From assembly GCF_009914755.1 (NCBI RefSeq), contig NC_060925.1: a stretch of DNA of 64,000 bases; one strand, given 5' to 3'. Origin of the DNA: the human T2T-CHM13v2.0 reference genome, Homo sapiens. The notes under the pieces were generated by a model. That model ran no database searches, had not been told where the DNA came from, and saw only the letters and a program-made list of their open reading frames with translations. Numbering within the stretch: the stretch's first letter is position 1; each line of letters opens with the position of its first letter. Shown piece after piece: positions 25,311-39,478 of this stretch. The translations under genes were made by a program, and so were the position numbers.

Positions 25311-27469
25311 GTTTCCTAGGGACAATACATAGAAAAGTATGGAAGCCAGAAGGGGCCTGGCATACTGAAATAAAGAGAATGGTAAGACGTTTGGTATGGC
25401 TGAAAACTGGCTGTAGGAGCTATGGCTGTAGAGAAGGCTAGGAATAGAGACTGGAACCAGATTATAAAGGGTCCGCAATGCATATCAATGTTGTTTTGTT
25501 CTGGTTGGTGGTGGTGGTTGTGGTGCTAGTGGCAGTGGTGGTTTTCTAAAATCCTCTAAGTGGCAAGAAGCCGTCAAATATTTTTAAGTAGGACATTATA
25601 TGATTATGGCTTTTTAGACAACCCTCTGGCAGCATTGTGAAAAGAATATTGGAGGAAATGAGGCTAGAGGTAAAAAAATACCAGTTAAGCTTTGTATTTT
25701 GTATTAAAATAAAGATCTGGTAATTATCTTGCTAATTGCATCAGTAGAGACATAGACCACCAAGCTGATAATTCTTATCCTGACTAACCTACTCACTATG
25801 AGCTGAGTAAAAAGCAGTATTGATTTAAATGAGTTATGAAGAGTGGGGCTTGGATATGCTCTTTTTATATCCCAGGGGAATCACCCTGGAAACCTAGAGA
25901 ACTGGTTCCAAGTATTCATCTGAGAACATCTGTGACTCTCAGAAAGTTATGAGATTGGAGTTGTACGGGGAAACTCGCTGTGGCCTTGGAAGAGTTGACT
26001 TCTAAATGGGGTAGTGAACTTATTCTCCGTGGCTCAGTTCTAAAAGGCCCTAAGAGGAGAAAAGGATTCTTGATGAACTACTAATTGATGATTTTAGGTC
26101 CAGAGTTAAGCATAATATGGAGGTTTGCCTGAGAGTGTCTGCCGTCAGTGAAGATGAATTATCCATGTGGGCTTAGAAAATCACACATGCAAATTATGTG
26201 TCAATGGATTTTTTTTTCAACATGCTAATCCTAGCCTTTGAGTACACAGCATATTTTCAAAGCCAATTTTGCAAACAACTCTATGGTAAATGCTGCTAAG
26301 CTGTTGATAAGTTGGCTTTCCATTTGTAAGCCTATTAGTTCAGAATCTTCTGAAGTTTAATTCAAAATGAGATAATGTGTAGTGATTTGACAGTTTTCAT
26401 TCTGTGACGATGCTCTTCAAGAAAGCATCTTGGCTTGTTCACTAGTTGAATCCTCACCAGTTCCTGAAATTATGAAATGTAAATTTGTTATAAGCAGCCG
26501 CTTTGGGCCCTTCACAAGGCAGAATTGTACCTTATCCCTGAGTGGAAATAAATGAACATCTCATGTGTGTAGCTTCTCTCTCTCTGTACATCCTGACTCC
26601 AAATGCTGTGAGGCACCAGAAAATGTCTCCTGAATCTGATTTTGGGTGGCTGGATCAATGTCCAGAGGGAATTAGGAATTTTTCCAATGGTGGTACAGAT
26701 AGAGGTGATAACATTAGAAAAGACTGACCCTTGACAAGACCCACATTAGTGAAGTCGTTATTCCCAAGGAGTTGGGTATGTACTTCCCACGTGTTGTGAA
26801 AACAGGGCTCTATTACCTTGCCAGCAATACCCCAAAGGCAGAGGCTGTATTTGTCCTTGGATCTCAGTCTTTGACATTGTTTTGGGAAGGTATGATGAGA
26901 GGCATGAGGAAACCTCATCCATTTTGTGAGTCCAGTGTACTTAAACGGTAGAGACTGACTCCAGGGCATTTGGAGTTCACAGAATTTGTCAAATTATTTT
27001 TCAAGCTTGTAGGGTTCAAGACTTCCCCAAATGTATTTTTCCAAGTGCTTGTACCCTGGTGTCCATTAAGGGAAATGTACTCCATATGTTTCTAATTCTT
27101 CTACCCTGAAATGATCAAAATATTATATTGCTGAGATCTCTGAAGACTAGAAAGATCCTTTTCAATTTTTTTTTTCTCTTTGATGACACTAACAGAAATG
27201 GGTGATCCCAGTAATCACAAAGAGGCTCAAATTCACTCCCAAATGCCCGGCCACCAAGAAGCTTTGGACATAAGTATTTTTTGGGGGTATTTGTGCCAAC
27301 TGCTGTTTTAGGACATGTTTCTGATAATGCTTTACACTTACCAGAAAAGCTGTTTTTGAAAAATCCAGTGTTGTCTTACAATCATTAATTTAAAAAAAAA
27401 AAGTTTCCCAAGTATTTTCTTAGAGCAAGGAGATCTCTTTCTGATGAAGAATACACTCTAGCCTAAAAA

Positions 27470-27810
27470 GCCACTTAGGTGGACCAGTTTCTTTGATTAA
27501 CAAAAGTTACAAAGGGGAAAAGAAGAGTGTTAGAGAGGATACCTGTAACAAAAAGAGACAGGAGACATATGGAACACTCGTGGTGTGTCACCCTTATTTG
27601 AACCCTCATTCAAACAACAACTGTTAAGAAAAGTAAAACATAGGAGGCATATATCAATACAGAATGGCTATATGATGATATTAAGGAATTATTCTTTTTA
27701 ATTATGATATTGATAATTAGCTATTTTTTGAAAGATACCTCCTTTTATAGATACATGCTGAAATATTTACAGAAAAATTTTTTAAAAGCCTGGAATTTGT
27801 TTAAAAAGAA
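27470..27810 (+). mobile_element. L1MC/L1ME 3' fragment
   Basis: 'atgatattaaggaattatt', 'gatacatgctgaaatatttac', 'cctggaatttgtttaaaa'. Confidence 0.55.
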
Positions 27811-27833
27811 TCAGGGTGTGGTATAGTTAAAAC

Positions 27834-28000
27834 TCCTCCCTCCCTCCATCTCTCCCTCTCCCCCTCTCTCCCTCTCCCCCTCTCTCCCTCTCTCCTTTTC
27901 TCCTTCCCTCACTCCCTTTTCTTCTTTTTTCCCTCCCCTCCTCCTTCCCCTCCTTTCTCCCCCACTGCCCCAGCTTCTCTTCCCTTCTGTTCTCTTTTTC
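27834..28000. repeat. Low-complexity CT-rich polypyrimidine tract
   Basis: ~165 bp almost entirely C/T on the + strand. Confidence 0.9.
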
Positions 28001-28788
28001 TGGCCTTCATTTGGGCTGACAAGAAGAGGATGCATGTTTTATATCAGGTTGGCAGGTATACTTGAGATATATTGTCTTGGCAATACAAAGGCCTGACACT
28101 TCCTAGGGACCCAGATGGGTATTGTAGATGTTTAGGGCATGCCTTGACCTCTGAGTAGCCTTCTTGGGCTTGAGGTCTCATTTGACTAGACTACCACTCC
28201 ACAGTCAGCCACTGTGGTCTGTTTTTTAAAAACGTTGCCATGATGAGAATGTGAAGGATTTGGGTTGAAGTTAAGGACACTTCCTTTTTATTATTAGTCT
28301 GGAGTTTTAAAGGAGATACCTGGGATCCCACCCTTACTTTGTTACTTTGATTTGGAGTCAGCCCTTGGCTTTGAGAGTGTGCTGTGATATTGGTCTGATT
28401 TAATCATTGCCTATGTAGAAAAAGAGATTAGATCACTGGATCCCAAACTAGCCTCAGAAAGTAAGTCATTGATGGCAAGAATCACCTGGAGAGATTTTCA
28501 GTTTAATTCTTAAAAAATTTAGTGACGATACTTGGATAACCCTCTGGGAATTCTGATTCAGTAGTCCTGGGTAGAAATAGAATCTAAATATCTGTAATTT
28601 TATCAGGTTTCTACACGATTCTCATGTTCCAATAGTTTGGTGATTTACCAGGTTCAATGCCTTTTAATAGATTCAGTTGCTCAGGAGCAGATTGAGGTTG
28701 TATTTCCATATAGTCCTACCTTGTAAAAAATGGATGTGTCAAGTTTTTTGTTGGTGTTATTGTTTTTAATTGTTATTTTGACTTGCTG

Positions 28789-29088
28789 GGCTGGGCGTGG
28801 TGATTCACGCCAGTAGTCCCAGCAACTTTGGGAGGCTGAATTGGGTGGATTGCTTGAGCCCAGGAGTTTGAGACCAGCCTGGGCAACATGGAAAAACCGA
28901 TCTGTACTAAAAAACTGGAAAATTAGCCAGGTGAGGTAGTGCGTGCCTTTAGTCCCAGCTACTCAGGAGGCTGAGGTAGGAGGACTGCTTGAGCCCAGGA
29001 GGTTGAGGCTGCAGTGAGCTGTGATCATGCGCTGCACTCCGATTTGGGTGACAGCGAGACCCTGTCTCAAAGGAAAAAAAAAAAAAAA
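28789..29088 (+). mobile_element. AluJ SINE, full length
   Basis: J diagnostics 'ggattgcttgagcccaggagtttgag', 'gaggctgcagtgagctgtgatc'; A-tail; TSD-like 'acttgct'. Confidence 0.95.
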
Positions 29089-29839
29089 GGTTACTTGCTT
29101 ATGAATAAGACCTTCCATATAGCAGTTATTATATAAGCACTAGGTAAATATTAATAAATGGCAAATACTAAAAGGAAAGACAGGAAAAGGAAAGGCAACT
29201 GATATTTATTGAAGGCCTACTATTATAGTAAACTTGACTCATAATTTATATTTTCTTCTTTAATTTTAACCTTGGCATGCAATGATTATTACCCAATTTT
29301 GTATTCAGTAAAATTAAAGCCCAGAGAAGTTTAGTATTTTTCCTAGAGTCACATAGTAAACACGTGGCAGCAGGGGTGTTTGGATACTATTGTGCCAGGC
29401 AGCCTTTCCGAACACTCCAGCCTATTTCTCAATTCTTTCTTGGCTCCAGAGGATTGTGTAGCAGGAGGGGAAATCTGTTCAGAGATCAGGAAACTGGACC
29501 AATTGGGCAAGCTGCCAGAGCTTCCTTTACTGGATTGTACCAGCAAGTTTGTTTTTCTCTGTCCAATACTGGGTAAAGGTCCCACCGAAAGCCTTTGTCT
29601 CTGCTCAGAATGCCTGGTATGATCTCTGGGAAACTATTTGGCAAAGGAGTGTGGCAGCTGAAGCACAGAAGCCTCTCCTAGGTGGTTCACCCATATCTGA
29701 TTTTTTTTTCTTTGGCACCTTGTAACAGACCTGAGAATGTTGAAATTTTGTGCCAACGTGGACACCATTCAGCATGTCAGATTTCTCTGATACCGTGAAG
29801 ATCAATATGTTGGATGCAAAGGAAAAGTCCCAGCAATAG

Positions 29840-30460
29840 ATTCCAGCCCTCACTGCCACTTACCTGGTATATTACAACAGCCTCCATACTGGTCTTCCTA
29901 TCTGCAGCCTGTCCTCTGCTTTCCGGCCCACTTTTCTCAGGGGGATCCTCTTTCAAATAAAGGTCTGATTATGTTCCTCCAATATTAAACCCCTTCAGTG
30001 ACTCCCCAGTTCTTGAGGAAAAAATGCTGAGTCTCTGAGCATAGCACTGAATACCCTTCCTGGTCTGGCCCTGTTTCTCCGCATGCTTCTCCCACTCCAC
30101 CCAGCTTCTGGCAGGTCATACTACCGTGGCTCACCAAAGATGCCTTGGAAACCAGGTACTTTCATGTCTCTGTTTCTCCAGCTGGAGTTTCGTTCCTTCT
30201 TTGACCTGCCTGGCAAACTCCTATGCATTCTTTGATTCCTACTCCTTCATGAAGCCTTTCAGCAGTTTCTTTCTTAGCACAACTCTACCACCTTGTCTCA
30301 CCTGTTCACAGACATCTGCCTGCCTCCCTCTCTAGGCTATGGTGCCCTCCAAGGGGAGGCAAGGTGTTGTTTTCAAATCATTCACAGTACTTACTACATA
30401 GGCCACTTACAGTCAGTGTGTAATAACTGAAGGAGGACTTGAGTGAATAGGCAAATAAAG
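29840..30460 (+). mobile_element. L2 LINE fragment
   Basis: 'tattacaacagcctccatactggtcttcct', 'aaaccccttcagtgactcccca', degenerate L2 3' end. Confidence 0.65.
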
Positions 30461-30644
30461 ATGGTTACCATGATAGGCCGAGATCTGAAAAGAAGCTAAT
30501 AATCAATGCATGAAGATGTGTGAGGAACTTGTGTGTCTTCAGTACCATTCTAAATACCATACAAATACAGGTGCCGCCAGAGTGCTTGCACATGGCAGCT
30601 TCACAGCCCATTTGAGAAGTAGAATTAATACATGTGAAGAATGA

Positions 30645-30981
<337 letters not shown>

Positions 30982-31324
30982 TTAGTTCAGCTTGTTTGGT
31001 GCTGGTAATACTTTATTTTTCATGTGTCGATTTTTGATCTCCACCTTGCACTGTGAGCTCCCTGAGGACAGGGACTTTGTCTTGGCAATTATGTCTTCAC
31101 ACTTGGCATACAGTAAGTTTTCAAGATATGTTTGTTCAATGAATAAATGGATGGTAGGCACCATTCAGTGCTGTTTAGGGTCAAAGGAAGGCATGATTTG
31201 TGTGGGTTGAAGTGGTCAAGGAGGGCTTCACACATAAGCCAGTTATGAAGGATATAGGCATTGAAGAAGCACTAAAACTGGTTGTGAGCTTTACTCTTCA
31301 GAGAGTCACAGTTTTAGAAAAGCT

Positions 31325-31560
31325 CTTGCTCTATTGGAAAGAATATGGGTTTTAGACCAAATACATCTAGAATCAAATTTGGACTCTTTCCCTTATCTGC
31401 TATGTGATCTTGAGATCTCTGAGTTTCAGTTTCCTTGCCCATAAAATGAAATCAATATTACTTCCCTTAGAATATGCTTGTGAGCCGTAAAAGCGATATC
31501 ATATATAAAGCATGTAGCATAATGCCTAGCGTACATTAGGCTCTCAATAAATGGTAAGTA
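31325..31560 (+). mobile_element. MIR SINE
   Basis: 'ctatgtgatcttgagatctctgagtttcagtttcc...ataaaatg...gcctagcgtacattaggctctcaataaatgg'. Confidence 0.7.
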
Positions 31561-34500
31561 AAAGCTGATATATAGGTATAGTGTGTCTGAAATACCTGGG
31601 AAACATGGATTATTTGGATGACGTAGTAACATTTGATTAAATTTGCATGATTATTATATTGGCACATAACAATTAGAATTATAATAGATTCCAGTATTTT
31701 TATGGCCTTTTAAGTGTGTTTTGGGGATTTCTATCACATTTCTTTACTTTTTTAACATTGGAAAATTGGAAATGGATATTTGCCCCCAAATTGTCTGATA
31801 TATAGATCTCGCCCTTCCCATTACACTTGTGAAGGGAAGGCTTTTCTGGCAGGAGGAGCATAATGCGTAGAGGAGGGAAAGGGAAATGAGCTTTCCATTT
31901 TGGGAGAAAAATTAGAGCTACTCTTCCAGTGACAAACCGCATTGCCTGGCTTTCCTTCTGCAGGCTCTGCCTCATGCCTGTGTTCCTATAGACATTGGAG
32001 TTAAAGCTCTCATTCATGGTCATGATTCTCGCCTCTGTCTAATTCTTTTACTTTGTCGTGTACCATCTCTCCTTTTCCCACTGTTTTTTCCAGCCACCTC
32101 TGTTTCTTTTGGTTTCCTTGAGCATGTCAAGTTCTTTTCTGGCCTATGTTCTTTGAATTTACTGTTCCCTTTGACAGACATTCTTTTCCTCTGGCTCTTT
32201 TCATTTTTCAGAAAATCAGCTGACTCCTTACCCTGTGGTGGTATTGGAGCCAAATAATGGAATTGATTTTTCAGTGTTTATTCCACATAATTCCAAGGAA
32301 TATGATTTTAAGAGTGTTCACAATTCATATTTTTTTTTAATTTTTGAAATTGAATAAGTTTCAAATACGAAAATTTAGGAACATGATACAAAACTTTTCT
32401 CTGTGCACCACTGGAGTACTGCTTTTGAAATCAATTCTCTCTGTCCTGGATTACCCTTAGAGCTCCTGTCTCCTGCATGGAGGAGGGTGGAGGGCATTTA
32501 ACATGTCCATCTCTCACCCCATTCTACCTGAGCTTCCAGCACCACCACCTCTGGGCAGTTCCGCTTTTAGTCAGCAGCTCCCAGTTCCCATAATTTTGAC
32601 TTCTGTCCTTGCTAGTCCAGAAGAAATGGCTCTTCTGGGATTGAATTCCTCCCTTTCCCCAGCAGAAATGGATTGGGGCAGAGGAATTGCGGAGCTCCAT
32701 GGCATAGAGGGTCCTGGAAGGCTTGTCATTAGGGTATCCAGGGTGGGAAGGGGAGTGAAGGGAGGGGAAGGAGGAAGGAATTGAGTTGGGAAGAGTCAAG
32801 GAGGATGAATGAAGTTGCTGACTGATGTCTGGAATAACATTATTTCACCCTCAAAAATACCAGTAATTCAGGACTGAAAAATAAATTTCACAATATGTTT
32901 TAATTTCAAAAAGTGATAGTGTATTTGACATTCTTATCCAGCCTGGTCTCACCTCAGGAGTTCCCCCATTGGAGAGGCCATCCCTGAATTTCTAACTCAC
33001 AGGCCTCCCCTACGTTAATATATTTATGTCCTCCTGGCCCTTGTTTACTTTTTACTTGTTTACTTTTGCTTTTGTTTACTTGTTTACTTTTGCTCCATGA
33101 AGTCAGGGACCTGCCTGCTTGCTCCGCAATCCCTAGAACTGTGTCTAGAACCTTAGTTGGTTGCAGTAAATATTTGTTGAATGGATGGATGAGATGGTTG
33201 TAGCAATCTAAGTTGCTTTGGATGAGATTAACACTGAAAAAAAAAAAAAAACTGGTTGCCTGCAATTCTGTCAGCCAGTCCAGGCAATGCTAATACAGCT
33301 TTGATTATTATGATCATGATTATTATTTTGTTTTGAAACCTTTTTCAGAGGCCAAGCATGCTGGGGACTTGAGGGACATAAAAATCTTTCAACTGATTAT
33401 GCCACCTGCAAACAGGATAAGCCTGACTTTCTACCTCACCCACCTCTTGCTATCACAGATATGAATCAACGAACACACAAAAAAGGTTTTCAATTCTCCC
33501 TTTGGAAAGAGGGCACATTTAATATTCTGAGTCAGGCAAGGAAAGACTCTAGCCACAAAGACAGCTGGGAACTCAGGTCCATAGCGGGCACCCAGGACGG
33601 AGGTGAAGAGAAGGCGCCTCCCTGTCTGGTGACAGCAGCTGGGGCCCTTGCTGCCTCCCTCCCCACAAAAATCCAGTTGGGACCAGTGCATGCTGGGAAT
33701 CTGCCTGCCTGACAGAAACAGATGGCCTCAGGTGGTGACTGATCTCTTGGTGACACTAACTGCATAGCTGCTGCTTTACTCATGACCGAATGAGACACGA
33801 GATGGCGGAGGTAAGAGTTGGTTACCTTGCCGTCTCCTCCTCAGCTGAAATGACTCACATTGCTGTAGCTTAAATTTCAGTCCAGGCTCTCTGGACTCGG
33901 GGAATTTCTTTTTGCTCATGCTCCTGAGAACCAGAGTTCTCCAGGAACATCTGTAGTCTCTGTCTTCAATCAAAGCATTTGAGAGATGCTTTATTTTTCC
34001 CCTTTCCTCTGTACCTGTCACAGAAGGGGGCCTGTCTGAATAAGATGGCACATAATCTGCTGAGTGCAGCAACCCCTCTGTGCAGCCTTGAGGAAGAAGA
34101 CAAGGCAGTCAAAGTACCTTCCATCATTTCCTGGAAAATGTGTCGGTAGCTTGGAGAGGCAGAGTGGGAGATGGAAGTAACACTGCATGAGGAGTTAGGT
34201 GGTCTATGTTCAGGGGCCAGGGTTGTCACTTACTAGATAGGGGACCTTTAGCCAGTCACTTAACTCCAATGGCCTTCTGCTTCATATCATCTCTTATGTA
34301 GGGTGGTGGGACTGGATTAAGGACAGCAGATAGATTAGCTGTCAGTCTTACTGATTGGAAGTTGCTGTCCAGAGTACAGTATGGGGGATGGCTGGGAAGC
34401 CCATCTCAGCTAAGTGAGAAAGAGCAGTCAACTATTGGTGTTTGCCAAGTGTGTGACAGTGGCACATCTGCCTGCTATTATGAGACTTGATGGTCATTTC

Positions 34501-34629
34501 TGCCTCTGTGGTTTTATGATTCCAAGTGTCCTGCAAGTGATTCTAGAGGGATCATGAAACATTTTCTGGTCTTAATAATTACTCAGGGATCTATTAACAA
34601 TGGTGAGGAACATACTCACAACCAGACTT

Positions 34630-34812
34630 TCATTGAGAGTTTACCATATGTATATTATATCACTTAACCCTCATCCTTACGGATAGGGAGGCTCAGGCTC
34701 ATAGTGATTAAATGACTTGCCAAGGTCACTCAGCTAATAGGTGATGGAGCTGGAATTCAAACTCTGGTCTGTCTGCCTCCAGAACCGAAGCGCTGAACTG
34801 CCACCCTATACT
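34630..34812 (-). mobile_element. MIR SINE
   Basis: 'gattaaatgacttgccaaggtcactcagctaataggtgatggagctggaattcaaactctggtctgtctgcctccaga'. Confidence 0.8.
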
Positions 34813-37800
34813 ACTTCCCAGTTGGAGAATACCTCAGTACAGTAATTAGATGCCAGTGTGTATGGCTTTGCCTATCAGTACACAGAAATCAGAAAGGTGA
34901 TTGAGAGATTCATTAATGCCTCCTTGCCCAGTTCTTTTGAGCATATCTTATTTGAGAAAGGTGCACGTGACCTTGGGTCAGTTTGTCTAACTCTGTCAGT
35001 CTCAGTTATCTTATTTGAGAAATGGGGCTATAGCTTTTAAGTTAATAATCCAGATAAAACATCCTATAGTGCCCCAGATGTCAGTAGCACTCAGTACATG
35101 TTCATATTATGTTGCCCCAAGGTCACGTGGCTGGGAATTGAGCTGAGGACTGCCCACCTCCGAAGTCTATGATGGCACCTTTTGGTTTTGGTACAAGTGA
35201 GTCCTGAGTGGACCACATGGCAGCATTAGAGGTGCTTTTGAATACGAAAGGTGGCGTGAGGATCCCTCTCACTTATGTCTGTTCTGTTGTCCAGAACTTA
35301 GTGAAAATCCTGGTCCTTACCCGCTAGAGTGAAAAAGGAAGGAAACCTTACCATTCTTTCTGTGTACCTTTCTCTGGCTGGGGCTTTCTCTGGTCTAGGT
35401 GTGCTCAGCAAATATGACAAGTAGCAGGCCACTCATTTTGACCACGCCCATGTGGCAGACAGCTTTCTTCACTTTCACGCAAATGAAGTACAAGACAATC
35501 ACATGTATGGCTGCACTGAATGTAAAAGATTAAAGAGAAGTGATATGCCAAATAGATGACTGGGAGTTGACGTTTAGCAAAGTAAATCTCTTGGTGGCCC
35601 TGGTAAAGTTAATTTCAATAATTCTGGTTTTTTTTTTCATCTTAGAAACTTAGAGGTTAAAAAATAATAAATATACATGAGGAGATTTAGAGTGTATGTG
35701 GAAACAGAGATCTTCGGAGGACAAGTGGGATATTTCTTTATAGAAAGAGTTTTCCCTCTTGATTTTTTTGCTTGGTAAGTTTCTTTCAAATCAACTCAAT
35801 TCATTTGGTGCTATTGCTTTTCTTTTGTGAAAACGATTCTGGGGATTTGATCAAAACCGACATGAAAATACAACCCTCAAATGGTAAATATCAGGGAATC
35901 TGGAATTTGCATTTTCTAGGCTAAAGTAATTTACTGGCCAAGTTTGCTGTCTCCTCACTCCCCCAACACATGTACAACTCTTAAATCTCATTCCCCTTTA
36001 GGCTCCTTCTCTCTCAGTTTATTTCCAGCACACATGCATATGCATCCATGCATACACAGGTGTGCACATATGCATGTATACACACACACAGACACACGAC
36101 ACACACGTGACGCACATATTTTACTCTGTGCTAATAAATAGGCCAGTATTGGCTAGGCTGGGCCTCAGGACTGTCTGGTTTAAATCTAAGCTGCCTGGGA
36201 GATCTGGAGTAATAAGTGAGTGACAACAGGTGCAGATTTTGTTACACCCTTCTGAACTCAGCCCATAGTTCTTTCTTTGATTCTTTTCACCCAACACCCT
36301 TGCTTCAATTGTGTCCAATAAATTTTATAGCTGCATGATCCTGTTTCAGAGCTGAAGGGAGATTTTTCCCTCCACTTGGCTAAATGGTGCCTAAGTCAAA
36401 ACACCACTTCCTGCCCCCTCCTCACACTTTAAGAAGTAATAAGGAATAAACCCCAGGCCATAAGCTGTTGCTGGGTCCTGTATCTTCAGTTTTGCATGTG
36501 AAGAGCTAATTTTCTGGTCCCATTTTAGAAAAGCCAAGAATTAACTTGCAGAGAATTAGCCATAATTGGGGAGAAAATAATTACTTGGCTTTTTCTGCCC
36601 TGTGATAACTGGAGCCACTGGCAAATCTTTCACAGCAGTGTCAACGCCTACTTCTGTTTAAAACAAAGTATTGCACCAGGGGCCTTGAAAGTCACATCTG
36701 AATGTTCTCTGTGGTACATTTTGGTCCAAACCACCCTGAATATTGGAGTTGGATTCATTTCATGTCTTTTTTGGTGTAAAATCCCGGTGCAGGGAGACAT
36801 TTCATATTACACTGGAAGACATGAATGTCTTTTGCAGGTGTCAGGTATGCTCATGGGCCCTGCATGCATACTTAAGGTTGGGTCCAATTGGATTTTTTTA
36901 GGAGCAGTCTGTGGTCTAAGCTGAGAATTTTTTCTCATAAGGGCCCATTTTCCTCTAGCATTTTTCTGTTTTGAGACTTTGCCCAGCTGCCTCTATTCCC
37001 TAGTATGTAGACTTAATAAAAAATCTCTTGGTTCATAATAAACATGGAAAGGAGATGGTACACGTTTTCCATTTGCTAGTAGAGGTTTACCTGAATACAG
37101 TTGGTCATATATCTCAGTGTCGTCAGAGTACAACAAAATGTCATGCCTTCCCATGATTTCAGACACCACTCTTCAGTAATGACTTATCTGAATATCAGCC
37201 CTGTACCTCTCCTGAGCTCCAGCCTTAAGGGCACACTTTTCATTGGGTAGCCCTACCTGCTGACCCATAGACACCCTAGGCTCAACTCATTTTCCCTAAA
37301 TAAATTTGCTTTTCTTTCTGTGTTTTCTATCATGGTAAAGGTGCTGTGATCCAATAACTCAAACAAGAAACCTTGATGGCATGCCTTCCATATCCATTAC
37401 TGTTAGCTAAGTGGGGGACAATCTATATATTGCCTCAGATATCACTGGGATCCATTGCCCTCCTAACTAGGCTCCCTGGGTCCAGTCATCTTTGCCTTTC
37501 CTCCAACTTCTCCCCCATGTCACCTACCTCCTCTTTTCTCTACCCCCACCAAAACAGTACTTCATACATCCCTAGTATTGTCTTTAAATGTAAATCTGAT
37601 ATTATTTAACTATTTGAATTCTTTAGTAACATCCCACTGCTGGCAGGAAACAAGTCCTAACTTCCTAGTATAAGGAATATAAGGTCCAATGTGATCCAGC
37701 TGCTCCCTGACTCTCCAGTCTTACCTCCTGTCACACTACCATGGATCAAGCCCCATGGTTCCCTTTATTCTCTTTCAACTCTGTATTTTCGCATATGTGA

Positions 37801-38095
37801 CTTTCTTCTGCTAGTAATGCCCTTTCTTAATTGGCCTGTACCTTTGACTCCTACACTTCTGTATTATTAGGCTATAGCACTAGATGTGGCTTAAATAAGT
37901 TAGATTATTTGTTTATCTGATAGTCCGGACGTAGATGCTTTCCATGAGATCATCCAGGAACCCAGGTAGCTTCTGCATTGGACTGTGCTTAACATGATGC
38001 CCCTTTCTGCATGATCCAAAGTGGCTTTCAACCACAGCTTCCTTCAAGGCAGCAAGATGGAGAATAGATGAAGAAGGAACACACCTTCTCCCTTT

Positions 38096-38990
38096 TGGTG
38101 CTGTGACTAATAAGAAATATATTTTTAGTTTCTGTTCCAGGTTTGTGACACAGAGCTCCTAAAAGCCTTGTAATTTCCAGAGTGATCAACATTCTAGGAG
38201 TATCTTTTGTTGTACTATTTAGACTTTGACTCTGGTTCCTAACAGAGCTTCTAAATCCCTTGGGGTTTCCTAAGCGATAGAGCATCTTTTGCTTTAATGA
38301 GGCGACTCTTGGGCTCCTGGATAACTTCAGAATGGGAGTTGGTCAGAATGGGACTTGGTCACTAGAAAGACCATGTGATGGATAGCAGCTCAGAATTTTC
38401 AGCCCTACTCCCCACATCCACCCAATCCACCAGGAGGGGAGAGAGGCTGGAGATTGAGTTAATAAGCAATCATGCCTGTGTGATGAATCATCCCTAAAAA
38501 TCCCTGAAAGATGGGGTTTGGAGAGCTCCCGGGTTGGTGAACAAGTGGAGGTGCCTGGAGAGGGCATGAAAGCTCCCCACCCCTTCCCACATACCTTGCC
38601 CTATGTACCTCTTTGTCTGGCTGTTCATTTGTATTTGTATTCTTTATAATAAGCCAGTAAATTTAAGTAGAGTGTTTCCCTGAGTTTTGTGAGCCATTAT
38701 AGCAAATTATCAAACCTGAAAAAAGGGGGTTATGGGAACCTCCAGTATGTAGCTGATCAGTCAGAAGTATGGAAGGCCTAGACTTTTGATTGGCATCTGA
38801 AATGGGAGCAGTCTTGGATTGAAGCCTTAACCTGTGTGATCTGCCCTTACTCCAGGTAGTTAGTTTAGAATTGAATTGTGGGACACCTGGTTGGTTTCTG
38901 AAGAGTTAGAGTATTGGTTAGTGTGGGAAAATCCCTCACACACGTGATGTAAAAATTGTCATGAGTATGCAGAAAAAAGTTTTTCCCCTT
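38096..38990 (+). mobile_element. MER21 (B/C-like) solo LTR
   Basis: 'taataagaaatatat...cacagagctcctaaaagccttgtaatttccagagtgat', 'gagagctcccgggttggtgaaca', 'gtttccctgagttttgtgagccattatagcaaattatcaaacc'. Confidence 0.85.
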
Positions 38991-39478
38991 TAGTGGCAGT
39001 TTCCAGAGTTTGTAAATATCTCTGCTTCCCAATCTTTTGTGCCTCCTGTCTGTCTGGTACTCCACCTCTGTAGTAATGGCAGCAGCAGCAATTCTAGTAG
39101 TAGTCACAGTGGTGTTTCTCTAGTAGAAGCTGTAATAGTAGTAGGAAGAAGAGGTGTAGGAGTAGTATCAGTATCATAATTTCCCATTCCTAGTTTCAGA
39201 AGAGATTGAAAGGCTAAGTGACATGCCTGAGGTCACATAGTTAATAAGTAAACGGCAAAGCTATCGTTCTGACTGGGAGCTCTCTTACTTCAGAGCTCAC
39301 CACTAGACTGTGGGTAGTTTTCAATCCAGTCACACTAAATGCCAGTTATTTCCTTACATGATTACCTCTCCCACAAGATTCAGAACTTCTTGAGGAAAAG
39401 GACATATCCAACTGACCTTTGTATCTGTAGAGCCTAGCTCCAAGGCTGGGCGTATCCATCAGTTTTAGACATTGAAAT

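Noticed and set aside
29449-29573. Possible exon (ctccag acceptor, TGG|GTAAAG donor)
   Set aside because: Weak donor and unrecognisable peptide.
38327-38361. 16-bp tandem duplication tcagaatggga(g/c)ttgg
   Set aside because: Minor slippage within the MER21 LTR.
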